64,000 nt of DNA from an uncultured Lachnospiraceae bacterium (GTDB lineage: Bacteria > Bacillota > Clostridia > Lachnospirales > Lachnospiraceae). Shown in pieces: positions 46,576-54,851 of this stretch. The notes below the pieces were generated by a model. That model saw nothing but the letters and a program-made list of their open reading frames with translations. It did no database searches and was not told the DNA's origin. The position numbers were made by a program, and so were the translations under genes. Location: contig CANRGZ010000002.1 in NCBI GenBank assembly GCA_947630295.1, forward strand, positions 3,224 to 67,223, given 5' to 3'. Within the stretch, counting starts at the first letter, position 1. Every line of letters begins with the position of its first letter.

Positions 46576-48327
46576 TTATTTGAACATCGGGCGCTGCTCG
46601 TAGTGGGTATGCAGCAGCTCGTGTGCTTTGTGTCCGCCGGGCTCTCCCAGATATTCCGCATACAGTTTCTGCAGCTGAACATTCTCATGGGATTTCCGTA
46701 ACGGTTTGTTTGCATCCTCGGTATAGAGGGCTTTTGCACGGAGTGCCTTGACATCCTTGACCATCAGATCCGAAGAGGAAACGATGGGCTGTCCGCCGCC
46801 GGTGACGCAGCCGCCGGGGCATCCCATAACTTCAATGAATTCATAGGATTTTTCTCCGCTGCGAACGGATTCCAGAAGTTTCTTCGCATTTCCGGTACCG
46901 TGGGCAACAGCGACACGAATCTTTTTGCCGTCCAGATCGATTTCCGCTTCCTTGATGCCTTCGGTACCGCGGACAGCTTCAAAATCAACCTTTTCCAGGG
47001 TCTTTCCGGTCACTTTTTCATAAACGGTACGAAGGGCAGCTTCCATAACGCCGCCGGTTGCGCCGAAGATGACGCCTGCACCGGTGGATTCACCCAGAAG
47101 ATCATCAAAGTCTTCATCGGGCAGCTCTGCATAGTTGATGCCGGCCTGTTTGATCATGCGGGCCAGTTCGCGTACGGTCAGGACGCAGTCCACATCGGCA
47201 AGGCCGTTGTTGGAAAGCTCGGGACGTTTTGCTTCGAATTTCTTTGCGGTACAGGGCATCACCGAAACCACGAAGATTTTCGCAGGATCAATGTTGTTCT
47301 TTTCCGCAAAGTAGCTCTTCACGGCAGCGCCCAGCATTTCGTGCGGCGATTTGCAGCTGGAAAGGTTGGGGATGAAATCCGGGAAGAAGGTCTCGCAGTA
47401 TTTGACCCAGCCCGGAGAACAGGAAGTAATCATCGGCAGCACCGCGTCTTTGTCATTGAGACGGGCGATGAGCTCGGTGCCTTCCTCCATAATGGTCATA
47501 TCTGCGCCGAAGTCGGTATCAAATACCTTGTCAAAGCCCAGGCGTTTCAGCGCCGCAGCCAGTTTGCCGGTGGTCGGCGTACCCATGGCCATGCCAAATT
47601 CTTCACCGATGGAAGCACGTACCGCAGGAGCGGGCTGTACAACTACATATTTGTCCGGATCGTTGATGGCCATCCAGACTTCATCAATGGATGATTTCTC
47701 ACGCAGCGCGCCTACAGGGCAGGCAGTGATACACTGTCCGCAGTTGACGCAGGGAGAATCTGCAAGGCTCTTATCAAAAGCACATGCAATCTTGGACTTG
47801 AAGCCTCTGCCGATGGCGCCGATGGCGCCGATCTTCTGTACATTGGTACAAACCGCAACGCAGCGGCGGCATTTGATACATTTGGAATTGTCGCGAACGA
47901 TGGAGGGACTGAAATCATCCAGCTCCGCCGGCGCTTTTGCACCGTCGTAAGGATAATCTTCCACACCGTATTCACGGCAGAGTTTCTGGAATTCACAGTT
48001 TTCGGAACGCACGCAGGAGGTACACTCTCTGTTGTGATCCGATAATAAAAGCTCAAGGTTGAGTTTTCTGGCTTTGCGGAGCTTTTCGGTATTTGTCTTT
48101 ACTTCCATGCCTTCGCCAACCTGTGTGACACAGGAAGCCATCAGACCTCTTGCTCCGGCAACTTCCACAAGACAGATACGGCAGGCGCCGATCTGATTGA
48201 TATCCTTTAAATAGCAAAGCGTAGGGATGGTAATATGTGCCTCTCTTGCCGCTTCGAGGATGGTATAATTCGATGGAACAGTCACCTGAATGCCATCAAT
48301 TGTCAGTGTAACCATATTCATTATCAT
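46576..48327 (-). CDS. hydA: [FeFe] hydrogenase catalytic subunit, multimeric (HydABC) type
   Basis: 583-aa ORF with an N-terminal 2Fe-2S ferredoxin-like fold and several Cys clusters. H-cluster motifs are L2 MPCTAKKFE and L3 EVMGCPGGCVTGGGQP. L1 reads TSCSPGW, which is non-canonical (see findings). Confidence 0.88.
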   Translation of the reverse strand: MIMNMVTLTIDGIQVTVPSNYTILEAAREAHITIPTLCYLKDINQIGACRICLVEVAGARGLMASCVTQVGEGMEVKTNTEKLRKARKLNLELLLSDHNRECTSCVRSENCEFQKLCREYGVEDYPYDGAKAPAELDDFSPSIVRDNSKCIKCRRCVAVCTNVQKIGAIGAIGRGFKSKIACAFDKSLADSPCVNCGQCITACPVGALREKSSIDEVWMAINDPDKYVVVQPAPAVRASIGEEFGMAMGTPTTGKLAAALKRLGFDKVFDTDFGADMTIMEEGTELIARLNDKDAVLPMITSCSPGWVKYCETFFPDFIPNLSSCKSPHEMLGAAVKSYFAEKNNIDPAKIFVVSVMPCTAKKFEAKRPELSNNGLADVDCVLTVRELARMIKQAGINYAELPDEDFDDLLGESTGAGVIFGATGGVMEAALRTVYEKVTGKTLEKVDFEAVRGTEGIKEAEIDLDGKKIRVAVAHGTGNAKKLLESVRSGEKSYEFIEVMGCPGGCVTGGGQPIVSSSDLMVKDVKALRAKALYTEDANKPLRKSHENVQLQKLYAEYLGEPGGHKAHELLHTHYEQRPMFK

Positions 48328-48340
48328 TTCCTCCTGCCTG

Positions 48341-50218
48341 TTATTTCTTCACGATCGCGCCGAATCTGCATTTTTCGACACAGGTTCCGCATTTGATACA
48401 TTTCTCCTGATCGATGACAAACGGACTCTTGACCTGTCCGCTAATCGCGTTCACAGGGCAAACCTTGGAGCAGAGGCTGCATCCCTTACATTTTTCAGGA
48501 TCGATCATGATCTTTGCAAGTTTCTTACAGTGTCCCGCCGGACAGCGTTTCTCATAAATGTGCGCTTCGTACTCGTCTCTGAAATAGCGGAGTGTGGAAA
48601 GTACGGGGTTGGGCGCTGTCTGTCCGAGACCGCAGAGTGCGGTGGCTTTGATGTTCATGGCCAGTTCTTCCAGCTTTTCGATATCGCCGTCTTCGCCCTT
48701 GCCTTCCGTGATACGGGTCAGGATCTCCAGCATTCTTCTGGTTCCGAGACGGCACGGCGTACATTTTCCGCAGGATTCGTCTACCGTGAACTCCAGGAAG
48801 AATTTCGCGATATCTACCATACAGTTGTCTTCGTCCATGACGATCAGACCGCCGGACCCCATCATGGAACCGATGGAAATCAGGGAATCGTAATCGATGG
48901 GGGTGTCAATCAGGGAAGCCGGGATACAGCCGCCGGAAGGACCGCCGGTCTGCGCCGCTTTGAACTTCTTGCCGCCCGGAATGCCGCCGCCGATTTCATA
49001 GAGAACTTCGCGGAGGGTTGTGCCCATGGGAACTTCCACCAGACCGGTATTGGTGATCTTGCCGCCCAGTGCGAAGACCTTGGTGCCCTTGCTCTTTTCC
49101 GTACCCATGGAAGCAAACCAGTCGGCGCCGTTGATAATGATCTGTGCAACATTTGCATAGGTTTCTACATTATTAATAATGGTGGGCTGTCCGAACAGAC
49201 CCTTGACTGCAGGGAAAGGCGGACGCGGACGGGGTTCGCCGCGGTGTCCTTCGATGGAAGTCAGAAGCGCTGTTTCCTCGCCGCAGACAAATGCGCCGGA
49301 GCCTAAACGTACCTGAATGTCGAAGTTGAAGCCGGTGCCGAAAATGTCCTTGCCCAGAAGGCCTTTTTCTCTGGCCTGGCCAACGGCGATATTCAGACGC
49401 TGTACTGCGATGGGATACTCTGCTCTGACGTAAATATAACCTTCGTCAGCGCCGATGGCATAACCGGCGATGGCCATGGCTTCCAGAACCGCATGAGGAT
49501 CGCCTTCCAGAACGGAACGATCCATGAATGCGCCGGGATCGCCTTCATCAGCGTTACAAACAACGTATTTCTTGTCGGAAACGCTGTTTGCGGCAAACTG
49601 CCATTTGGTGCCGGTGGGGAAACCGCCGCCGCCTCTGCCGCGCAGGCCGCTGTCTTTGATGGTCTGGATCACGTCCGCGGGGGTCATTTCGGTCAGAACC
49701 TTGCCCAGTGCCTGATATCCGCCCATGGCTATGTATTCTTCGATGATTTCAGGGTTGATTACACCGCAGTTGCGCAGCGCAACACGGTGCTGTTTTTTAT
49801 AGAATGAAGTTTCGGGAAGGGGCAGGGTTTTGTTGTCTGCAAGGGGATCCTTGTATTCCAGACGCTCTACCGGCTTGCCGTTTACAAAATGTTCTTCTAC
49901 GATTTCGGGAATATCTTCCGCAGTCACCCGGCTGTAGAAGGTGCCTTCCGGATAAACGATCATAACGGGGCCCAGAGCACAGAGGCCGAAGCAACCCGTG
50001 GTTACGATCTTGATTTCTTCCTGCAGATTTTTTGCCTGCAGCTGTTCTTTTAATGCTTCCACGACTTTGTGGCTGCCGGAGGAAGTACATCCTGTACCTG
50101 CACAGACAAGCACATGTGCGCGGACTTTCGACTTTTCGTCAGCCTTGCCGCCTATACGCAAAGCAACCTGATCCTGCATCTGCTCTCTGATGGCAGCAAG
50201 TTCAGCTAATGATTTCAT
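48341..50218 (-). CDS. hydB: NuoF-like NADH-binding flavoprotein subunit of bifurcating hydrogenase
   Basis: Start at ATG 50218 (MKSLAELAAIREQ), preceded by GAAAGGAAA. It has a NuoF FMN/NADH region (GRGGGGFPTG, ADEGDPGAF), the 4Fe-4S motif ESCGKCTPCR and C-terminal ferredoxin repeats. Confidence 0.88.
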   Translation of the reverse strand: MKSLAELAAIREQMQDQVALRIGGKADEKSKVRAHVLVCAGTGCTSSGSHKVVEALKEQLQAKNLQEEIKIVTTGCFGLCALGPVMIVYPEGTFYSRVTAEDIPEIVEEHFVNGKPVERLEYKDPLADNKTLPLPETSFYKKQHRVALRNCGVINPEIIEEYIAMGGYQALGKVLTEMTPADVIQTIKDSGLRGRGGGGFPTGTKWQFAANSVSDKKYVVCNADEGDPGAFMDRSVLEGDPHAVLEAMAIAGYAIGADEGYIYVRAEYPIAVQRLNIAVGQAREKGLLGKDIFGTGFNFDIQVRLGSGAFVCGEETALLTSIEGHRGEPRPRPPFPAVKGLFGQPTIINNVETYANVAQIIINGADWFASMGTEKSKGTKVFALGGKITNTGLVEVPMGTTLREVLYEIGGGIPGGKKFKAAQTGGPSGGCIPASLIDTPIDYDSLISIGSMMGSGGLIVMDEDNCMVDIAKFFLEFTVDESCGKCTPCRLGTRRMLEILTRITEGKGEDGDIEKLEELAMNIKATALCGLGQTAPNPVLSTLRYFRDEYEAHIYEKRCPAGHCKKLAKIMIDPEKCKGCSLCSKVCPVNAISGQVKSPFVIDQEKCIKCGTCVEKCRFGAIVKK

Positions 50219-50297
50219 AGTGTGTTTCCTTTCTGTGTGCTGATTGTTTATCATAGAACCCAATGTACAAAAAGCCAGTGGTTTCGTTTTCTGAAAA

Positions 50298-50774
50298 TCA
50301 ATATTTTTCAAGAATACCCTTGACGTCGCCTGCAGTCAGACGTCCGTAAACGTCATGGTTGACCGTCATAACGGGAGCAAGACCGCAGCAGCCGAGACAT
50401 CTGGTATCCTGAATGGTGAACTTGCCGTCAGCACTGGTCTGGCCGGGATCCACGCCTAAAATATTTACGACTTCATCCAGTACGGCCTGCGCGCCTTTGA
50501 CATAGCATGCGGTACCGGTACATACGCTGATAATATTTTCTCCCTTGGGCTGCAGTGAAAACTGTGCGTAAAATGTTGCTACGCCGTATACTTCGGATAC
50601 GGGAATATCAAGTGCGTCAGCGATGATCTTCTGTGTATCCAGAGAAAGATAGCCGAAAAGCTCCTGCGCTTTCTGCATGATCGGCATCAGGGGGCCATCG
50701 ATGTCTTTGTGATCCGCAATGAAGGCTTTCAACTCGGCAGTATACTGTTCAAGCTGTTCGTTTGTCAATGCCAT
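50298..50774 (-). CDS. hydC: NuoE-like [2Fe-2S] thioredoxin-fold subunit of hydrogenase
   Basis: 158-aa ORF with Cys motifs SVCTGTACYVKG and RCLGCCGLAP. Confidence 0.85.
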   Translation of the reverse strand: MALTNEQLEQYTAELKAFIADHKDIDGPLMPIMQKAQELFGYLSLDTQKIIADALDIPVSEVYGVATFYAQFSLQPKGENIISVCTGTACYVKGAQAVLDEVVNILGVDPGQTSADGKFTIQDTRCLGCCGLAPVMTVNHDVYGRLTAGDVKGILEKY

Positions 50775-50814
50775 AATATATCCTCCTATCGTTGATTAGA
50801 TTCGTGACCAGACA

Positions 50815-50843
50815 ATTATATAATACTGTTAAAAAAAAAACAA
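50815..50843 (-). promoter_or_regulatory. Putative promoter of hydCBA
   Basis: Minus strand reads TTGTTT (50838-50843), a 17-nt spacer, then TATAAT (50815-50820). The RBS AGGAGG precedes hydC. Confidence 0.35.
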
Positions 50844-50901
50844 GAATAATGCAAGAACTTGTCATGCGGAATTTGTGGAAAATCAAGAAAAAAATATTTT
50901 T

Positions 50902-51873
50902 TTACAGCATTCCGGGCAAAATTTCCAGTAAATGCCGTGCAATGATTTCATGCCCGTCCACCAGCGGGTGTACCGGTTGTGGCGGAATCCAGTCTCTGGT
51001 GTCAATATAGCGGACCTTTGTCCGGTTCGTTTCATTATATGCATGTACCATGGCGTTTAATTCCTGCAGATGCACGCCGCAGAAAGGCGCCAGCACAAAA
51101 ATCTTTGTCCTGGGATAGCGGGCGGTCAGCATATCCAGATATGCTTCATATTCCCGGCAGTAAAGGGCCGCGTCCGCGCCCCGGTCATTGCAGCCGTGGT
51201 TGATCATAATGTAATCGGGGGCCCCGTCTTCTTTCAGCGGGACGCCGTCCACGCAGAAACCATAGGAATCCAGTGCCTTCGGAACACTGCCGCTGCCGGA
51301 TTTGGTCATGCCTACGGCGCCGTAAGCGCAAAAGGAAGCACGCAAATTTAAGGTCTTCGCAGCGATCCATGCATAGGTGCGGGTGACATCGTCCTGATAC
51401 ACCCGGTCCATCAGACTGTTGGAGAAAGGCGTCTGTTCCGGAAAGATCAGGATGCCCTCCGTAATGGAATCCCCGATAAAGGTAATGGTTTTGCGATTGT
51501 CTGCGGGAAGCGCGGCCGCGTCTTCTGCTTCCAGACCTTCAAAACTGATTTTGGCCTGTACGGGGGCAAACCAGCGGTTCTGTTTTTCACAGGCGGCTTT
51601 GAAAATGATTTTAATGCGGTGTTCTCCCGCATCTTTCATGCGCAGATACAGGCGGGCGCCCACGGCGCTGCCAATAAGATCCCCGTCGTCGATCTGTATG
51701 TACAGATTGGGATAGCTGGGAATCAGATCTTTCATATCAAAATGCAGAATCGCCCAGTCTCCTCTGACGGCAGCTTCGATATAAGAGCCGCAGGCCGTGG
51801 TGGAGGCGGCTGCATTTTCTTCGTAAAATCTTCCGGTGAGACGCACGGAAGCATGGGTGTAAGGAATAAACAT
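50902..51873 (-). CDS. SGNH/GDSL-family hydrolase (carbohydrate esterase-like) with N-terminal beta-sandwich-like region
   Basis: 323-aa ORF with block I ITFIGDSITEG and block V-like DGHEI / HPL near the C-terminus. Confidence 0.6.
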   Translation of the reverse strand: MFIPYTHASVRLTGRFYEENAAASTTACGSYIEAAVRGDWAILHFDMKDLIPSYPNLYIQIDDGDLIGSAVGARLYLRMKDAGEHRIKIIFKAACEKQNRWFAPVQAKISFEGLEAEDAAALPADNRKTITFIGDSITEGILIFPEQTPFSNSLMDRVYQDDVTRTYAWIAAKTLNLRASFCAYGAVGMTKSGSGSVPKALDSYGFCVDGVPLKEDGAPDYIMINHGCNDRGADAALYCREYEAYLDMLTARYPRTKIFVLAPFCGVHLQELNAMVHAYNETNRTKVRYIDTRDWIPPQPVHPLVDGHEIIARHLLEILPGML

Positions 51874-51897
51874 CTGATCAAATCCTTTCTTTTTTTG

Positions 51898-51932
51898 AAA
51901 AAACCGGAAATGAGACCAATCATTTCCGGTTT
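51898..51932 (-). terminator. Rho-independent terminator after purA
   Basis: 13-bp perfect stem AAACCGGAAATGA (51901-51913) / TCATTTCCGGTTT (51920-51932). In minus sense it runs into TTTTTTC. Confidence 0.7.
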
Positions 51933-51962
51933 ACATAAAGAACTTCTTTTACATGGTGTGCC

Positions 51963-53237
51963 TCAGAACATTTCGATGCAGGCTTCGCGCTCCGCGCCGA
52001 CGGAAACATATTTTACAGGGCAGCCCATACTTTTTTCAATATAAGCAATATAATCCAGCGCTTCCTTCGGCAGGTCTTCTTTTTTCCGGCACCTGGAAAT
52101 GTCGCAGTTCCAGCCCGGCATAGATTCGTATACCGGTTCTGCAATATTCAGCTCGTCAATGGCGGGGAAATCGTCGCGGAGTTCCCCGTTGATCCGATAC
52201 GCGGTGCAGACCGGGATCTCTTTTAAATAGGAAAGAATATCCAGCTTGGTCAGCGCCAGTACATCTGCGCCCTGTACCAGGGTACCGAAGCGGGAAGCTA
52301 CCACATCGAAGCCGCCCACACGTCTGGGACGGCCGGTGGCAGCGCCAAATTCATCCCCGGCGGTACGCAGCTCGTCGCCCTTTTCACCAAACAGCTCGCA
52401 GGTGAAAGGCCCTTCGCCTACGCAGCTGGAGTAAGCTTTGATAATGCCGATGGTATTGTTCAGCTTCAGATGGGGCACCCCTGCGCCGATGGGGGCATAG
52501 GATGCAATGGTGGATGAAGAGGAGGTGTAAGGATAGATACCGAAGTCAATGTCCCGCAGCGCCCCCAGCTGCGCCTCAAACATGATTCGTTTCCCAGCCT
52601 TTTCCGCCTGGTCCAGATATACAGTGGTATTGGTAATGTAATCCAGGAACGGTGTGCCGTAGGTCATGAGCCATTCATACATGCTTTCCGGGGTAATGGC
52701 TTCGTGGCCGTAGGCCTTTGCAATGGTCAGGTTCTTCCATTCCATGATATCCTTGATTTTTTCCTTCAGCAGTTCAGGCTGCCGCAGATCGCCCATACGC
52801 AGCGTTTTCTTCATATATTTATCTGCGTAAACCGGCGCAATGCCCCGGCGGGTGGAACCGAATTTCTTATCCGCCAGCCGGTCCTCTTCCAGGCAGTCCA
52901 GCAGCTTGTGATAGGGCATACAGATGGTGGCCCGGTCGCTGATTTTTAAGTGTTTGGGAGTGATGGCAATGCCGGCGTCTTTCAGTGCTTCGATTTCATG
53001 GGTCAGATGTTCAATGTCAATGACCATGCCGGGACCCATAACGTTGACGGCCTCGTCCCGGAGAATGCCGGAAGGGAGCAGATTCAGGATAAAGCGGCCA
53101 CGGTCATTAATCACGGTGTGGCCCGCATTGTTTCCGCCCTGATAACGGCAGACGATGTCATAATCTTCGGAGAGAAGGTCTACCATACGGCCTTTGCCTT
53201 CGTCGCCCCAGTTGATACCTACAATAGCAGTTAACAT
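51963..53237 (-). CDS. purA: Adenylosuccinate synthase
   Basis: 424-aa ORF with the GTP motif QWGDEGKG-like INWGDEGKGRMVD and GGNNAGHT. Confidence 0.95.
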   Translation of the reverse strand: MLTAIVGINWGDEGKGRMVDLLSEDYDIVCRYQGGNNAGHTVINDRGRFILNLLPSGILRDEAVNVMGPGMVIDIEHLTHEIEALKDAGIAITPKHLKISDRATICMPYHKLLDCLEEDRLADKKFGSTRRGIAPVYADKYMKKTLRMGDLRQPELLKEKIKDIMEWKNLTIAKAYGHEAITPESMYEWLMTYGTPFLDYITNTTVYLDQAEKAGKRIMFEAQLGALRDIDFGIYPYTSSSSTIASYAPIGAGVPHLKLNNTIGIIKAYSSCVGEGPFTCELFGEKGDELRTAGDEFGAATGRPRRVGGFDVVASRFGTLVQGADVLALTKLDILSYLKEIPVCTAYRINGELRDDFPAIDELNIAEPVYESMPGWNCDISRCRKKEDLPKEALDYIAYIEKSMGCPVKYVSVGAEREACIEMF

Positions 53238-53276
53238 AATAAATCCTCCTTATACAATAGGTAGCGGCATGCACGC

Positions 53277-54713
53277 TTAAACGTGAATATCTACTTCCAT
53301 GCCCAGCAGCGCGGCGTTTTCTTCCAAAACCGGCCGGACATATTCGTTCAGGAAGGTTTCGGTCTGCTGCGGCGCGATGCCGATAAAGTTTTTAACGTGA
53401 ATGATATTGTCCAGTTCTTCTTTGGAAAGGCCAAAGCGGGGATCTTTTAAAATCAGCTCGCAGAGATTGTTGGCGCCGCCGTTTAGTTTGGTCTCTCTGG
53501 CGACGGCCACGGACAGCTCCCGGATGGCTTCATGGATTTCCTGCCGGTCTTTTCCCTGTTCGACGCAGTACATCATGATATTTTCAGTGGCCATAAAGGG
53601 CAGCTCTTCATTCAGATGCCGGTTGATGACGTTGGGATAAACGGTGCCGCCGGAAATGACATTTATATATAAGGAAAGAATACCGTCGATGGACAGGAAG
53701 GCTTCCGGCAGGGAAATCCTGCGCCCCGCGCTGTCGTCTAAGGTCCGCTCCAGCCACTGGGTAGCGGCGGTGAGGGCCGGATTTAAGGTGTCGGTAATGA
53801 CGAAACGGGAAAGGGAAGCGATGCGCTCGCTGCGCATGGGATTTCGCTTGTAGGCCATGGCCGAGGAGCCGATCTGCTTTGCTTCGAATGGCTCGTCAAA
53901 TTCCTTCATATGTGAAAGCAGGCGGATGTCTCCCGCGAATTTGCAGGCGCTTTGCGCAATATTGGAAAGCGCAGAAAGAATAATATAGTCGATTTTTCTG
54001 GTATAGGTCTGTCCGGAAACCGGCATGGAGGCGTCAAAGCCCATTTTTGCGGCAATTCGTTTTTCCAGTTCCACCACCTTTGCGGCATCGCCGTTGAAAA
54101 GGGACAGGAAGCTGGCGCCGGTGCCTGTGGTGCCCTTGCAGCCTGCAAATTTCAGCGAACCGATGACAAAGTCGATATGTTCCAGATCAATCAGCAGATC
54201 CTGGGCCCAGAGACAGGCGCGTTTTCCTACTGTGGTAGGCTGCGCCGCCTGAAAATGCGTAAATGCGAGGGTAGGCAGGTCTTTGTGCTTTTCTGCGAAG
54301 GCCGCAACAGCGGCGATGGCATTGACCAGAGATTTTTTGACCAGCTGCAGCGCTTCCCGCATAACGATGATGTCAGTGTTGTCGCCGACATAGCAGGAAG
54401 TGGCCCCCAGATGGATCACCGGCTTTGCCTTCGGGCAGACTTCTCCGAAGGTATAGACGTGGGCCATCACATCGTGACGCAGCCGGGATTCATATTCTGC
54501 GGCTTTGTCGTAGTCAATGTCATAGATGTGCGCTTTCATTTCGTTGATCTGTTCATCCGTGATATGGATGCCCAGTTCCTTTTCGCTTTCTGCCAGCGCG
54601 ATCCAGAGTTTCCTCCAGGTGGAAAACTTGTAATCGGGGGAGAAGATATGCTGCATTTCTTCGCCGGCATACCGCTGGCAGAGGGGATTGATATAACGAT
54701 CCTGCGTGCTCAT
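53277..54713 (-). CDS. purB: Adenylosuccinate lyase
   Basis: 478-aa ORF with the fumarate-lyase signature GSSAMAYKRNP. Confidence 0.93.
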   Translation of the reverse strand: MSTQDRYINPLCQRYAGEEMQHIFSPDYKFSTWRKLWIALAESEKELGIHITDEQINEMKAHIYDIDYDKAAEYESRLRHDVMAHVYTFGEVCPKAKPVIHLGATSCYVGDNTDIIVMREALQLVKKSLVNAIAAVAAFAEKHKDLPTLAFTHFQAAQPTTVGKRACLWAQDLLIDLEHIDFVIGSLKFAGCKGTTGTGASFLSLFNGDAAKVVELEKRIAAKMGFDASMPVSGQTYTRKIDYIILSALSNIAQSACKFAGDIRLLSHMKEFDEPFEAKQIGSSAMAYKRNPMRSERIASLSRFVITDTLNPALTAATQWLERTLDDSAGRRISLPEAFLSIDGILSLYINVISGGTVYPNVINRHLNEELPFMATENIMMYCVEQGKDRQEIHEAIRELSVAVARETKLNGGANNLCELILKDPRFGLSKEELDNIIHVKNFIGIAPQQTETFLNEYVRPVLEENAALLGMEVDIHV

Positions 54714-54751
54714 GGATTCTTTCCTTTCTTACTGTAAGATAAATACAAAAA

Positions 54752-54781
54752 ATTATATACCGAAAACGGCGGGAAAGTCAA
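54752..54781 (-). promoter_or_regulatory. Sigma-A type promoter of purB-purA
   Basis: Minus strand reads TTGACT (54776-54781), an 18-nt spacer, then TATAAT (54752-54757). Confidence 0.55.
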
Positions 54782-54782
54782 T

Positions 54783-54835
54783 AAAAACGCGTCTGCTTTT
54801 TGGGGTCAGTTCATTTCGCCGCAGACGCGTTTTTA
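54783..54835. terminator. Bidirectional-type terminator after the minus-strand pectate lyase gene
   Basis: 12-bp stem AAACGCGTCTGC (54785-54796) / GCAGACGCGTTT (54821-54832) with a 24-nt loop, flanked by an A-run and a T-run. Confidence 0.5.
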
Positions 54836-54851
54836 AATTACAGATGCAGAA

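Noticed and set aside
50860-50900. Rex-type operator (TTGTG half-site in TTTGTGGAAAATCAA) upstream of the hydrogenase operon
   Set aside because: Only one half-site resembles the Rex consensus. The element lies upstream of the SGNH-gene terminator-like hairpin rather than next to the hydC promoter.
54714-54851. Purine riboswitch or PurR box in front of purB
   Set aside because: The leader between the -10 and the ATG is only about 35 nt. It lacks the conserved purine-riboswitch junction sequences.
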